Positions 15,079-24,515 of a stretch of DNA of 45,341 nucleotides are shown here, piece after piece. The stretch lies in the IMG/VR virus record IMGVR_UViG_3300045988_049297. One strand, 5' to 3'. Source of the DNA: a virus. The stretch's first letter is position 1, and each line of letters begins with the position of its first letter. The notes beneath the pieces were generated by a model. It was not told where the DNA came from. It saw only the letters and a list, made by a program, of their open reading frames with translations, and did not search any database. The translations under genes and the position numbers were made by a program.

Positions 15079-16743
15079 ATGCGCCAGAAGTTTAAGATCG
15101 ACCTCTCTATGCTGACCCCGGAAGAACAGCAGCAGTTTCGTGATGACCCTACCACCCTGACCAAAGGTGAAGTTGATGTCGCTTTGTACCTTCGGTTCAG
15201 TTCGGAACGGCAGAAAGAACAGTCCATTGAGGGGCAGCTTCGAGACTGTATTGCGTACTGTAAGCGCAAGAGCTTCCGCATTGTCGCCATTTATGTTGAC
15301 CGTGCTACTACTGCTCGGAAAGATGTAGAGAAGCGAGTCCATTTTCAGGAGATGATTTCCGACAGCGCTCATCATCTCTGGAACTTCGTGGTCGTGTGGA
15401 AGCTCGACCGCTTTGCCAGAAATAGAGAAGACAGCGCCGTGTTCAAAATGCGGCTGCGGAAGAATGGAGTTCGGGTCAAATCCGCAACCGAAACAATCTC
15501 TGATAACCCCGAAGGTATCATCTTAGAGTCTGTACTCGAAGGTATTGCCGAATACTATTCGGCAGACCTCAGCCAGAAAATCACTCGCGGATTGAGAGAG
15601 TCAGCCATGAAGGGTCATTCCGTTGGTGGCCATGTCCCGTTGGGCTACAAAATCGAAGATCATAGACTTGTAATAAATCCGGCAACCGCCCATATCGTAC
15701 AAGAAGCATTTCAACTCTACGCCAATGGCGAGAGCATGGCTGAGATTTGCCGTATCTTCAACGGCAAGGGCTACCGTACCGCCAAAAACTCGGAGTTTAA
15801 CCGAAGCAGTTTTAAATCCATGTTTAAAAATGTGCGGTATATCGGGACATACATCTACAAAGACATAAAGAAAGAAAACGCCATCCCAGCCATCATCGAC
15901 AAAGACCTCTTTGAAACGGTGCAACGGCGGCTTTCTTTGGCTGCTGACGCGCCCGCAAGGGGTAAAGCCAAGGTGGATTACCTCCTATCTGGAAAGCTGT
16001 TCTGCGGGCATTGCGGGGCTACTATGAACGGGGAAAGCGGTACGAGTAAAACCGGAGCTATCCACAACTACTACACCTGCTATTCACGGAAACGGCGAAA
16101 GGGCTGTGATAAGAAGCCATTAAAGAAAGATTTCATTGAACGCATTGTCGCACAGGACGCTATGGCGCTGCTTACCAACGATGTGATTGAGGAACTGGCC
16201 GACATGGCTATGTCGCAGGCGGACAGGGACTTGAAAGAAAACACCCGCATTCCTGAACTATCTACCAGACTCACCGAGATTGAACAAGGTATCAACAACA
16301 TCACTAAGGCCGTTGAAAAAGGAATTGCGTCTGACGCTCTCCTGGATCGCCTGACTGAGTTGGAGAAGGAAAAGAAAGACCTGACCTCTCAGCTTCGGGA
16401 AGAAGAAAAATACATCTACCGAATTGACAGAGATCAGGTGGTATTCTGGCTGACGAAGTTCCAAGGAGGCGATATAGAAGACGAGGATTGCAGGCGGCGC
16501 ATCATCGACCTTCTGGTAAATTCCGTGACGGTATGGGACGAACCTGACGGATATAAAATTACCACCGCATACAACCTCACTTCCTGCAAAACAAAGACTT
16601 TCCGGGTCAGCAACAACGCTGACTCTCCTTCCGGGGAAGGGTTCGGATTTGGGGAGCTATCGTCCACCATTGGACGCATATCCGAACCCTACATTGTGTG
16701 GGGAACGGTATTCGTCCAAACCAAAAGACACTCCTTGTCTTAA
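15079..16743 (+). CDS. int: Large serine recombinase (integrase)
   Basis: Resolvase catalytic domain (VALYLRFSSERQ), recombinase domain, Zn-ribbon CGHCG..YYTCYSRKRRKGC, coiled-coil (LTEIEQGINNITKAVEKG..LTELEKEKKDL). 554 aa. Confidence 0.9.
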   Translation: MRQKFKIDLSMLTPEEQQQFRDDPTTLTKGEVDVALYLRFSSERQKEQSIEGQLRDCIAYCKRKSFRIVAIYVDRATTARKDVEKRVHFQEMISDSAHHLWNFVVVWKLDRFARNREDSAVFKMRLRKNGVRVKSATETISDNPEGIILESVLEGIAEYYSADLSQKITRGLRESAMKGHSVGGHVPLGYKIEDHRLVINPATAHIVQEAFQLYANGESMAEICRIFNGKGYRTAKNSEFNRSSFKSMFKNVRYIGTYIYKDIKKENAIPAIIDKDLFETVQRRLSLAADAPARGKAKVDYLLSGKLFCGHCGATMNGESGTSKTGAIHNYYTCYSRKRRKGCDKKPLKKDFIERIVAQDAMALLTNDVIEELADMAMSQADRDLKENTRIPELSTRLTEIEQGINNITKAVEKGIASDALLDRLTELEKEKKDLTSQLREEEKYIYRIDRDQVVFWLTKFQGGDIEDEDCRRRIIDLLVNSVTVWDEPDGYKITTAYNLTSCKTKTFRVSNNADSPSGEGFGFGELSSTIGRISEPYIVWGTVFVQTKRHSLS

Positions 16744-16762
16744 AACAAGGGGTGTCTTTTTT
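16727..16762 (+). terminator. Rho-independent terminator of the integrase operon
   Basis: GACACTCCTTGT (16727..16738) pairs with ACAAGGGGTGTC (16745..16756), with one G-U pair, followed by TTTTTT (16757..16762). Confidence 0.75.
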
Positions 16763-16766
16763 GTTT

Positions 16767-16875
16767 AGGTGATAAAGGTGAGTAATCGGGCGTTTTTCCT
16801 ATAAACTATCTCTAATACGCGCGTATTAAGGAGAAGTTATAGGGATTTTGACCCGATTACTCACCTTTATCACCT
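16767..16875. repeat. Nested palindromic element, copy A (109 bp)
   Basis: The outer 24-nt arm AGGTGATAAAGGTGAGTAATCGGG (16767..16790) is the perfect reverse complement of 16852..16875. Inner imperfect dyad at 16798..16843 around the perfect 16-mer TAATACGCGCGTATTA (16813..16828). About 83% identical, in direct orientation, to 40433..40541. Confidence 0.9.
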
Positions 16876-16890
16876 TGTACAATTAAATGT

Positions 16891-16921
16891 AAAAATCCCC
16901 GGAAGCTAAAACCCCCGGGGA
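16891..16921 (-). terminator. Rho-independent terminator ending the late (lysis) operon
   Basis: Minus strand: TCCCCGG, 12-nt loop, CCGGGGA, then TTTTT (stems at 16915..16921 and 16896..16902; T-run = 16891..16895). Confidence 0.7.
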
Positions 16922-16937
16922 TGCTATTATATGAATA

Positions 16938-17201
16938 TCATTTATCCGTCAGTTGCTTGATCGACTGATTAAGTCCCGTTGCCGCCCAGCCGGAAACGAT
17001 ACCGACAGCCGCAGCGTCCAGCCAGTTATCGGCCGGGTAACTGGGCACGCCCATCACCCATGCCACCACACCGAGCGCCAGCCCGGTCACGCCGCAGATA
17101 ATGGGAATCCACTTGTCTGCCACATTGGTGGCCTTAACTGCCATGCCTACCAGATACGCGATGGCGGTGATCGCCGCCACAGATGCAATACCAAAATCCA
17201 T
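16938..17201 (-). CDS. Holin
   Basis: 87 aa with TM segments (IASVAAITAIAYLVGMAV, IPIICGVTGLALGVVAWVMGV, AAAVGIVSGWAATGL) and a charged C-terminus. Last gene of the lysis cassette. AAAGGGG RBS before ATG 17201. Confidence 0.75.
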   Translation of the reverse strand: MDFGIASVAAITAIAYLVGMAVKATNVADKWIPIICGVTGLALGVVAWVMGVPSYPADNWLDAAAVGIVSGWAATGLNQSIKQLTDK

Positions 17202-17214
17202 ATGTATACCCCTT

Positions 17215-17529
17215 TCAGTTTTCTGTCGGTAGCTGCAAGAATTTACTGTGAATGTCATCCATCACGCCGTTGACTCCAAGTGCATGATATTGTTTCCAGC
17301 AATTCTCAAAATTCTGTCGGGCATAGATCGGGGCGTAACCCCGATCATGCCATTTGTTGTAATCTGCGATCATCTGCGCCCGCAGCAGGGCCTGTACGCC
17401 CAGTTTGGTCGCCGCAGTGTCCGCACGGTCATGCCTGATCTGCGTCGCCAGATGCCGGATCATGGCCAGCAGCGCCGCGATCAGCAGCGATGGCACGCCC
17501 AGCAGGCATAGCCACTGATATGTAGTCAT
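17215..17529 (-). CDS. Lysis-cassette membrane protein (single N-terminal TM)
   Basis: ATGA overlap with the amidase stop. TM segment WLCLLGVPSLLIAALLAMI followed by a soluble domain. Its role (holin partner or regulator) was not recognised. Confidence 0.55.
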   Translation of the reverse strand: MTTYQWLCLLGVPSLLIAALLAMIRHLATQIRHDRADTAATKLGVQALLRAQMIADYNKWHDRGYAPIYARQNFENCWKQYHALGVNGVMDDIHSKFLQLPTEN

Positions 17530-18389
17530 CGGGCAGCGTCCTCCATCATCCGCTGGCACACGACCAGCGTCCGCATCATATCCATGGACAAGTTCAGCTT
17601 GCCATCGCCTACACCGGCAAGCGCGCCTTTATCCGCAAGCGCCTGCAAGCTGTCGAGCGCCCAGTCGGGTACATTAGTCACCTTGCCGTCCACGATACGG
17701 CCATAGCGCGTATCGCGCATACGCCACATGACGTATAACATCCGCAGCATATCGGCGGACAAGTCCAAATTACCGCCACCGATGCCGGAGATCATACCCG
17801 CGTCCATCATCTCTTTGATCGTGCTGCGTGCCCACGCGGGCACGTCCTCGATTCTGTTGTATCGTACCATATCCTCGTCCTCCTCGTCTGTAGTAGTGTT
17901 TTGCGGCGCAAGCGAAGCCTTGAATGCGTCCCACTGCGCCGGGTCATCCACCCACGGCATGGGGCAGTGCTTGCCCGTCACGTCGTAGTGCCGCACAACG
18001 TGCTCCGTGTCGATGCCATAGCGCTGCATGATCTCCCGCGCCAGCGCCGCGGCGTTTGCCACGGTCTCCGGCTTGATGTAGTAGCTGCCGTCGGCGCGCT
18101 TGCGGCTGCACATCTCAATGCCGATGCTGTTGGCATTGCGGCACTCGGGGTGCCAGTACGCCCGCGCGCCGCAGTGCCACGCCGTGTCGCCCTCGCGCAC
18201 GGACTGCATCGCACCATACTCATCGCAAAAATAGTGCGCGCTGGCCTGCAGGCCGCCCACGCGGTGGTAGTAGTCGCAGTTGTTTTTTGCCGTGTCGCCG
18301 TTGTTTGCCGTGTAGTGCATCACAATGTACCGCACCGGCTGCGTGCGCCCGGTGCGGAAATTGGCCTTGTTGCAAGCAATAAATTCCAT
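17526..18389 (-). CDS. N-acetylmuramoyl-L-alanine amidase endolysin (Amidase_2/PGRP) with two C-terminal repeats
   Basis: MHYTANNG, AHYF, NSIGIEMC, RHYDVTGKHCP. The C-terminus has two ~45-aa repeats (VPAWARSTIKEMMDAGMISGIGGGNLDLSADMLRML and VPDWALDSLQALADKGALAGVGDGKLNLSMDMMRTL), a putative wall-binding module. Confidence 0.9.
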   Translation of the reverse strand: MEFIACNKANFRTGRTQPVRYIVMHYTANNGDTAKNNCDYYHRVGGLQASAHYFCDEYGAMQSVREGDTAWHCGARAYWHPECRNANSIGIEMCSRKRADGSYYIKPETVANAAALAREIMQRYGIDTEHVVRHYDVTGKHCPMPWVDDPAQWDAFKASLAPQNTTTDEEDEDMVRYNRIEDVPAWARSTIKEMMDAGMISGIGGGNLDLSADMLRMLYVMWRMRDTRYGRIVDGKVTNVPDWALDSLQALADKGALAGVGDGKLNLSMDMMRTLVVCQRMMEDAAR

Positions 18390-18401
18390 CTGTGCCTCCT
18401 T

Positions 18402-20321
18402 TTACGTGATCGGTTCATTTATGGTAGCGATAACTGCCGACGCGTCTGTGCAAATCAGACTTACGCGGATGTAATGCTCGCCGGTTGCTGTCACCGTGAC
18501 AATATCTCCGCTGCTGGTAAAACGAAGATTATTCCATGCATACCCGTTGTATAAGTAGCCCGCGCTTATAAACATTGCTGTTGCGCTATATGCCACCGCT
18601 ATGCTGTGCCCATCGTTCGCTGCAGGAAGGCTCACACCCTTGATACGAAGTGTATCGCCAGCTTTCAGGTGGATCAAGCTTGTAGCGTTCATATTTGCGC
18701 CAATCGTCGCCCAGCCCGCTTGCGCTTTGTTCGTACCGCTCCCTGCGCTCAACCTTGTGTCTGCAGAGATTCCGACTGTATCAAGGATGTTTGTAACGGT
18801 CGCAGCGCATGTAATCACGATGTTGCCTGTTACCTTGGCAATTGCGATTGTGTTTCCGGATACTGCCGACGCAGAAACGTCCGTTCCACCCATCGTGACG
18901 GTGATTGCGCCAAGCTTTTTGTATGTGCCGGTCGGGGAGAGCGTCGTGGTGTAGGCCGCACCCTCGGCGATAGTATTCGACGTGTTGGACGATGCACAGT
19001 TGGTGAGATTGCGCGTGATGTTGTAAGTCACAGACGGTGCAGAGGCCGCCGCAGTGATCGTGACCGCTCCCGTTACCTTGGCGATGTTGATTGCACCGCT
19101 GCCGGCCGAGTAAGCAGTGGCCGTGATATCCACGCCTCCCATTTTGACCACTACCGACGTGATCGTCTTTCCGCTTTCCGCCGCGATGGTCGCGGTGTAC
19201 GCCTCGCCGTAATCCACCTGAGACGCGGCGTTGCTGATCGTGCAGCCTGTGAGATTTTTGATGATCGTCTGATACCAGTGCAGCATCTCGGGCGTTCCGT
19301 TGGTCATAGCCGCGCGGTAAGCGTTGATATCTGCCATTGACATTCCACACGTTCCAACCGCGAAATGGACGCATTTGTCACGGAACGCGTCGCCGGAAAC
19401 GGCATTGATCGCTGAAATCAGTCTTTTCCATTCGCTTTCATTCCGTCGGCGGGCGAGTGCGTCTGTCCCGGAACCGGAATAAAAGGTAGTCAGCTCGTAG
19501 TCTTTGTCGATGTCGGACTGGCTCATGCCGAGCAGCCCCTCCAGCACACACGCGAGAGTGCCGGTACGGTCTGCACCCGCTGTGCAGTGAAAATATACCG
19601 GCTCCCGGTGCGTTACGGCGTCGATCACGCAGCGAAGATAGAGCTGCCACGTTGCAACCGGGGTCAGAGAGTAGGACGCTGCCTTGTCGGCAATCGTAAA
19701 CCGCACATCGCTACCAAGCGGGGATTCCGTTGCGACCTCACCGTCGGACGGGTCGCGCCCCTCTCTGCCTCTAAGGTCGATTTCATGCTGCACACCAAGC
19801 TGTCCAACCAGCGCCGCCCGGTCTGCGGCAGAGATGCGCCCGCCGCGAATCAGCAGACCGTATTTCACCGTGCCGCCGTCGCACGCCCAACCGCCAAGAT
19901 CGCGCACGTTCCACGCTTCGGCAGAACCGTCCCGAGTACGAATCCACCTCAATGCGTCCAGCGGTTTGAGCGTTCCGGCCTTTCCGCCCCCGGCGAATGG
20001 CGTGAGAACATTTGGCACTTCGTTGTAGTACGTAACGCCGCCAACCGTTTTTCCGATGGGCTTATAATTGCTTATAACTGCTGTCGCGGGCGCGTATTTT
20101 GCGATCTGCGACGTGCTGTAGTCGCTTGGGTCATAGGTCGCTTTGGCCAGATAATTGCGCACCGCCTCTGGGCACTGATGCCACGCGACCTCCTCCGCGC
20201 CAGTGATGCCGCGCACCGCATCGCCCATCTCCGCGACTTTGTATTTCGTTGCAGTGCCATTTTTCTCGCGGATAGCTGCTGCAATGTCCTGTACGGCGGT
20301 TTCTTCGTAGAGCTTTTTCAT
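18402..20321 (-). CDS. Fibre/receptor-binding-region protein with tyrosine-phosphatase-like (Y_phosphatase3) domain, two Ig-like repeats and a C-terminal beta-rich domain
   Basis: NVRDLGG..LLIRGGRIS..IDLRGREG, and the CX5R P-loop HCTAGADRTG (nt 19560..19589, verified by hand). Two ~70-aa repeats (aa ~355-427 and 437-507). The gene lies between the collagen-like fibre and the endolysin. Confidence 0.75.
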   Translation of the reverse strand: MKKLYEETAVQDIAAAIREKNGTATKYKVAEMGDAVRGITGAEEVAWHQCPEAVRNYLAKATYDPSDYSTSQIAKYAPATAVISNYKPIGKTVGGVTYYNEVPNVLTPFAGGGKAGTLKPLDALRWIRTRDGSAEAWNVRDLGGWACDGGTVKYGLLIRGGRISAADRAALVGQLGVQHEIDLRGREGRDPSDGEVATESPLGSDVRFTIADKAASYSLTPVATWQLYLRCVIDAVTHREPVYFHCTAGADRTGTLACVLEGLLGMSQSDIDKDYELTTFYSGSGTDALARRRNESEWKRLISAINAVSGDAFRDKCVHFAVGTCGMSMADINAYRAAMTNGTPEMLHWYQTIIKNLTGCTISNAASQVDYGEAYTATIAAESGKTITSVVVKMGGVDITATAYSAGSGAINIAKVTGAVTITAAASAPSVTYNITRNLTNCASSNTSNTIAEGAAYTTTLSPTGTYKKLGAITVTMGGTDVSASAVSGNTIAIAKVTGNIVITCAATVTNILDTVGISADTRLSAGSGTNKAQAGWATIGANMNATSLIHLKAGDTLRIKGVSLPAANDGHSIAVAYSATAMFISAGYLYNGYAWNNLRFTSSGDIVTVTATGEHYIRVSLICTDASAVIATINEPIT

Positions 20322-20322
20322 C

Positions 20323-21129
20323 TCAGTAGCTCACCTCCGTGCCATCAGGCAGGGCGGCTATGACGCTGTTGACAATCTCCTGCTTATCAGCTGCCGTCCA
20401 ATAGTCCGTGCCTTTAACGGGCGTGTGACCGTCCTTGCCGGGCACGCCAGCAGGGCCGGTTGCACCAGCCGCCCCCGGTTTGCCATCCGCGCCGGGTGCG
20501 CCGTCCTTGCCCGGAGCGCCAACTGGGCCTTGCGAACCCGCCGGGCCGGGATCGCCCTTATCACCCTTTGGGCCGGGCTCGCCTCTTGGGCCTTGCGAAC
20601 CGTCCGCACCCTTGAGCTCGGCCACGGCGATGAGATTTTGCCACGTGCTGCCGCTGTCCGTGCTATACTGCACGTAGCCGTCCGCCACGCGCAAGTCCAT
20701 GCTTCCCGCGCCGCCTGTCAGTGCCACCTCGTTGATAGCAGCCACCAGCGTGTCCTTTGCCTCCGTCGTCAGGTCGGCAAGGTCGCCGATCTGACGCTGG
20801 ATCGTCTGCAGCGTCATCTGGTCTGTCGGGGTGTAAACGTAGTCTGACGGTTTGGGACGTGCAAATACAGGAAAATTGACCTGCACCTCGGTGTAACCGC
20901 CGTTAGTATCGGAAACCCAAGCGTATACAATTAGTTTTCCGGGAACTTGCAGTAGTTCATCGGGGATCGCCGCTTTTCCGTTTTTAACCTCGACAGTATA
21001 CGGAATATCGGTTACTTTCTCGGTGCTTGTGAAATGTGCTTGTGAAACGGCATCTTCACCGAACTCGATGATTCTGCCGGTATCCCATTGAAACAGTTCT
21101 CCACGTCCATCTGCGAGTTCAAGTGTCAT
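20323..21129 (-). CDS. Collagen-like tail fibre / BppU-N-like baseplate protein
   Basis: N-terminus ELFQWDTGRIIEF resembles the BppU N-domain. 20 uninterrupted G-X-Y triplets (aa 174-233, nt 20428..20610). Confidence 0.65.
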   Translation of the reverse strand: MTLELADGRGELFQWDTGRIIEFGEDAVSQAHFTSTEKVTDIPYTVEVKNGKAAIPDELLQVPGKLIVYAWVSDTNGGYTEVQVNFPVFARPKPSDYVYTPTDQMTLQTIQRQIGDLADLTTEAKDTLVAAINEVALTGGAGSMDLRVADGYVQYSTDSGSTWQNLIAVAELKGADGSQGPRGEPGPKGDKGDPGPAGSQGPVGAPGKDGAPGADGKPGAAGATGPAGVPGKDGHTPVKGTDYWTAADKQEIVNSVIAALPDGTEVSY

Positions 21130-21141
21130 GATATCCCCTCC

Positions 21142-22926
21142 TTATTTGTACCGCCCCACGACGTAATAGCTGATCTGTGGGGCTTTAACGATTGCGTCGG
21201 ATGCTCGCACGCACTGATATGCCGGGGCGTGCGTCAACCTTGTGCCGATATCATTTTCGGTGTTCGTGGCAAGCCAATAGTTTGCGCCTGTAACCGTTGG
21301 CGTCGCAGACACGACAGGGTTCTCAATAAACGGAAACGGATATTGGCGTGCTGCTTTATTTTCTGCGAGACCCATCCACGATGCGGTATACAGTGGGCCC
21401 CATGTCTGCGCGGTCATTGACAGCGAGTCTGAGTCGAAATTTGCCCACATCTCAGCGACACCGCTCGCCCATTTGCGCCACATCCACTTGCCGGTCAAGC
21501 CTTGCTCTACAATGTAATCAACGCCAAGTTTAGACAAAATGTCTCGGATAGATATACCGTTAAGTTTCAAATCTCCGACGATAGTCATGTCACCATTCAG
21601 ATCGACAGGCCACTTGCATTGCACGGTCTTTTCTTTTTCGGCGATGCCTCCAAAGCACACAGACGGTAACGAAAAGTTGATGTTAAGTGGTACTTCTATG
21701 GTCGTAACTATGATTTCCTTGGACGTTTTGCTGCCAAAAGCGTCAGAGACGGCTACTTCCAGCTTTCGAGTGGTATCGGTTCCGACACCCGAAAGGTATA
21801 GTGTTTTTGCGCCTGCGCTTTGATTGGTAACTGCCTGCTTTACAACACTGTCGAGTGATACTGTAAGATTGGCTCGGTTATCCGGCAATGCCATCGCCAG
21901 CGTAAAAGTGATTTTGATGTCCGCTCCGCTTGGGTTTTCTGTCCACGCGCTCTCGGCGTAACTGCCGCGAACATATGCCAGATCATTGATAACAGGGATG
22001 GTATATGCGGACACAGATAGATTCGTGCTATATGTTGCAGTACGTTTTCTGGAATCTGTCACGACAACCTTTACAGGGATGCTTCCGCTATCGGGCAGAC
22101 TGTTTTCCGCGTTAGCGTCAACGACTTTCCCATTTACGGTCATCACAGTGTCGATGATCTTACTCCCCATCACGCCAGCCGCAGTTATACTCGCTTTTAC
22201 TCGGCTTTTGTTCTGAACCCAACCATAAATATTTTTATATCCCGCCGCATCCGACAAACTAACAGACATGGTGGGTACTGTATCGGGGGAAACAGTAATT
22301 TTCGTCCACACGTCAGTAGACCCGATCAGGGTATCTCCGTTATAAGTCATGCATCTAAAATGCATCTGACCTGATTCCGCGCCGGTAAGCAAATTTGCAA
22401 ATGATTTAAGAGGTGTCCACTTAATCGACCGCTCTGCAGTTTTAGTCGCAATCGTGCCGTGGTACCGTATGCCGAAGTTATAAATAATCGTGTGGGTAAA
22501 ATCGTTACTCGCGGGATCAAGTGTAATTGTACCCTCTTGCCCCATTACCAGAGGAGCTATAACGGGCGTCGTCGCACGAGGAATTGTACTTAGAGTCAAC
22601 GTTTGAGATTTTTCAACTACACCCGCGCTGATTCTCGTATCCATCCACGTGTTTACCGTAATCGTACCGGTGCCATCGTTCCTGTGGGGGACAGTGATTG
22701 TGGTATCAACGATTGTCTTAGTTGTGCCTTGGGGGAGAGTATAACTGACACTGTATTGCGTTCCTTGCCCACCGTTGATGTATACATCGTAGTACGCGGT
22801 TCTGGAATAATCATTGTGGCTTGCGCCGGTCTGCGTAGATTCCCACAAAATTCTTACCTGAGATGTATTGTCCTGAATATTTTGACTGATTTGAGATAGT
22901 GTCAGGCTTTGATAAACCGCCATCAA
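21142..22926 (-). CDS. Tail/baseplate structural protein (DUF859-like N-terminus)
   Basis: 594 aa, Thr/Ser/Val-rich beta-type sequence. N-terminus (ILWESTQTGASHNDYSRTAYY..TITVPHRNDGTGTITV) resembles siphoviral DUF859 as I recall it. Position is downstream of the Tal-like gene. Confidence 0.5.
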   Translation of the reverse strand: MMAVYQSLTLSQISQNIQDNTSQVRILWESTQTGASHNDYSRTAYYDVYINGGQGTQYSVSYTLPQGTTKTIVDTTITVPHRNDGTGTITVNTWMDTRISAGVVEKSQTLTLSTIPRATTPVIAPLVMGQEGTITLDPASNDFTHTIIYNFGIRYHGTIATKTAERSIKWTPLKSFANLLTGAESGQMHFRCMTYNGDTLIGSTDVWTKITVSPDTVPTMSVSLSDAAGYKNIYGWVQNKSRVKASITAAGVMGSKIIDTVMTVNGKVVDANAENSLPDSGSIPVKVVVTDSRKRTATYSTNLSVSAYTIPVINDLAYVRGSYAESAWTENPSGADIKITFTLAMALPDNRANLTVSLDSVVKQAVTNQSAGAKTLYLSGVGTDTTRKLEVAVSDAFGSKTSKEIIVTTIEVPLNINFSLPSVCFGGIAEKEKTVQCKWPVDLNGDMTIVGDLKLNGISIRDILSKLGVDYIVEQGLTGKWMWRKWASGVAEMWANFDSDSLSMTAQTWGPLYTASWMGLAENKAARQYPFPFIENPVVSATPTVTGANYWLATNTENDIGTRLTHAPAYQCVRASDAIVKAPQISYYVVGRYK

Positions 22927-24509
22927 TTCACCCCCACAAAACTAACAGATTGGTTCGGCTGTACAACGATGCTCATCGGGCCAAGTCTGAATCTCGACAA
23001 CTCTACCAGTTCAAAACTGTTATTATTCCAGTATGCTAAGAGCATTCCGTTTGCATCATAGAAGCCAATTTTGTCGTTGTATTCCCTGAGCGTAATTTCA
23101 GATACCGAAGAGCCGATTCTTAAAACCGGATGCCCGTCATCATCCATCCCGATATCAATAAAATCGGAGAGGGTTTGGCCGTTCACAGTAACGCGCTCCG
23201 CTGACATTTGACCGGTGGTAATAGCATTTGCATTGATTTGCCCGTCCATCGTCAATGCCACACCGCTAATCGTCTTTCCTCCGTCTTTGGAGTATCCAAG
23301 TCCGTTGATATTCATCAGCCACAGACGGGTATTATCTTCGACAGTTGGGGTATCACGTACCATCCATCCAGTAGGATATCCATTTTCATCATAGAGGACT
23401 TCCCAATATCCGCCCTTTGCACCAATGATGCGCTCGGTCGCGTCCTGCATCGCTTTTGCAAGCCCCGCATACTCGCGCTTAACTTTTTGGATGATGGGGT
23501 TCTCGACAGTATAGTTTGAGTCCGGTGGGCCGTAACAGATAGTGGTAGCACTCATGCCGCCTTTAACTCGCAACTCCTGCGACATAACCAAAACGGGCAG
23601 ACCGCCTCCGTCAAGGTCTGTGCTGTCGATAACGTGTATAATGTCACCGGCTTCAACGGACGGATCGCCACGCCACTTTACTTCTAGTGGCATCAGAGTC
23701 AGACTTTTTATCTGTTCAAACACCGAGACGGCAACCGCTTCTGTCATATATGGATTTGTTGCCGAAATGCTAGTTCCCGTCCCGACAGTAATCGGATTAT
23801 CTTCCGTGCCGGTGACAAGCGCCTGAATTGTGAATCGATCGTCGGCTGTCTTTTTCAAACCATTCTGATATTGCGCGTCAAGCCCTACGGTAATACCCTC
23901 GGTATATTTGCAAAAAACCAACTGACCTGTCGCGTCGAATTTCGCATTCGCACCGATTAGCCCTGCCAACCATCCTAACTGCTGACGGATTGTACCCGCG
24001 TAAGAATTGGAAATTACCATATCCGGGAAAGCAACTTCTGGAGCAGTGATGTTCGCCTGTAGACAGATATCGGTCAGCATCGCATTCGGAGTGGCCGGAA
24101 AACTAATGGTGGGGGTATATTCGTCAGTCAGTGCCGCCATGCGGTCATAACCGGTGATCGTGAGACACAGGTTGCCGCTATTTTCTACGCCGTCAGAGGG
24201 GACGTAAAACACGCCTTTCGGGATGTATACAGTTCCGCCGTCTCCGGGAAGAATGACCCCGACAGAGGGGGCGAAATACGCCCCGTTTAGGGGAAGCGCG
24301 GGAGTTTGCTTATAAATCGTCACTTTGCATTGCGAGGAAAAAGACGCTCCGATCGTTACACCGTCCGATGACCCGCATTGTTCAGTAACAACGATTTCCT
24401 GAATTTCAGAAGCGGCAAGCTCGCTGACACCGTTAAATGTGATTTTACTAGTAATACTTCTTCCCGGCGATTTACACGCTTCATGGAAGGATTCTGTCAC
24501 AGTGTACAT
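22923..24509 (-). CDS. Tail-associated (Tal-like / prophage tail endopeptidase-type) protein
   Basis: 528 aa, second gene after the tape measure, the canonical Tal position. No catalytic motif recognised. Confidence 0.5.
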   Translation of the reverse strand: MYTVTESFHEACKSPGRSITSKITFNGVSELAASEIQEIVVTEQCGSSDGVTIGASFSSQCKVTIYKQTPALPLNGAYFAPSVGVILPGDGGTVYIPKGVFYVPSDGVENSGNLCLTITGYDRMAALTDEYTPTISFPATPNAMLTDICLQANITAPEVAFPDMVISNSYAGTIRQQLGWLAGLIGANAKFDATGQLVFCKYTEGITVGLDAQYQNGLKKTADDRFTIQALVTGTEDNPITVGTGTSISATNPYMTEAVAVSVFEQIKSLTLMPLEVKWRGDPSVEAGDIIHVIDSTDLDGGGLPVLVMSQELRVKGGMSATTICYGPPDSNYTVENPIIQKVKREYAGLAKAMQDATERIIGAKGGYWEVLYDENGYPTGWMVRDTPTVEDNTRLWLMNINGLGYSKDGGKTISGVALTMDGQINANAITTGQMSAERVTVNGQTLSDFIDIGMDDDGHPVLRIGSSVSEITLREYNDKIGFYDANGMLLAYWNNNSFELVELSRFRLGPMSIVVQPNQSVSFVGVN

Positions 24510-24515
24510 GGTGCT

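Noticed and set aside
16798-16843. The inner dyad of copy A as a straightforward serine-integrase attP
   Set aside because: Not rejected outright, but not called. The central dinucleotide (CG) is self-complementary, which would abolish polarity. A near-identical core also exists at 40465..40509. This needs prophage junction data.
17901-18554. 217-aa plus-strand ORF and other Arg/Ala-rich ORFs over the amidase and fibre genes (for example 18606..19340, 19587..20363, 20425..20847)
   Set aside because: These are artefacts of high-GC or collagen-repeat sequence. They overlap well-supported minus-strand genes.
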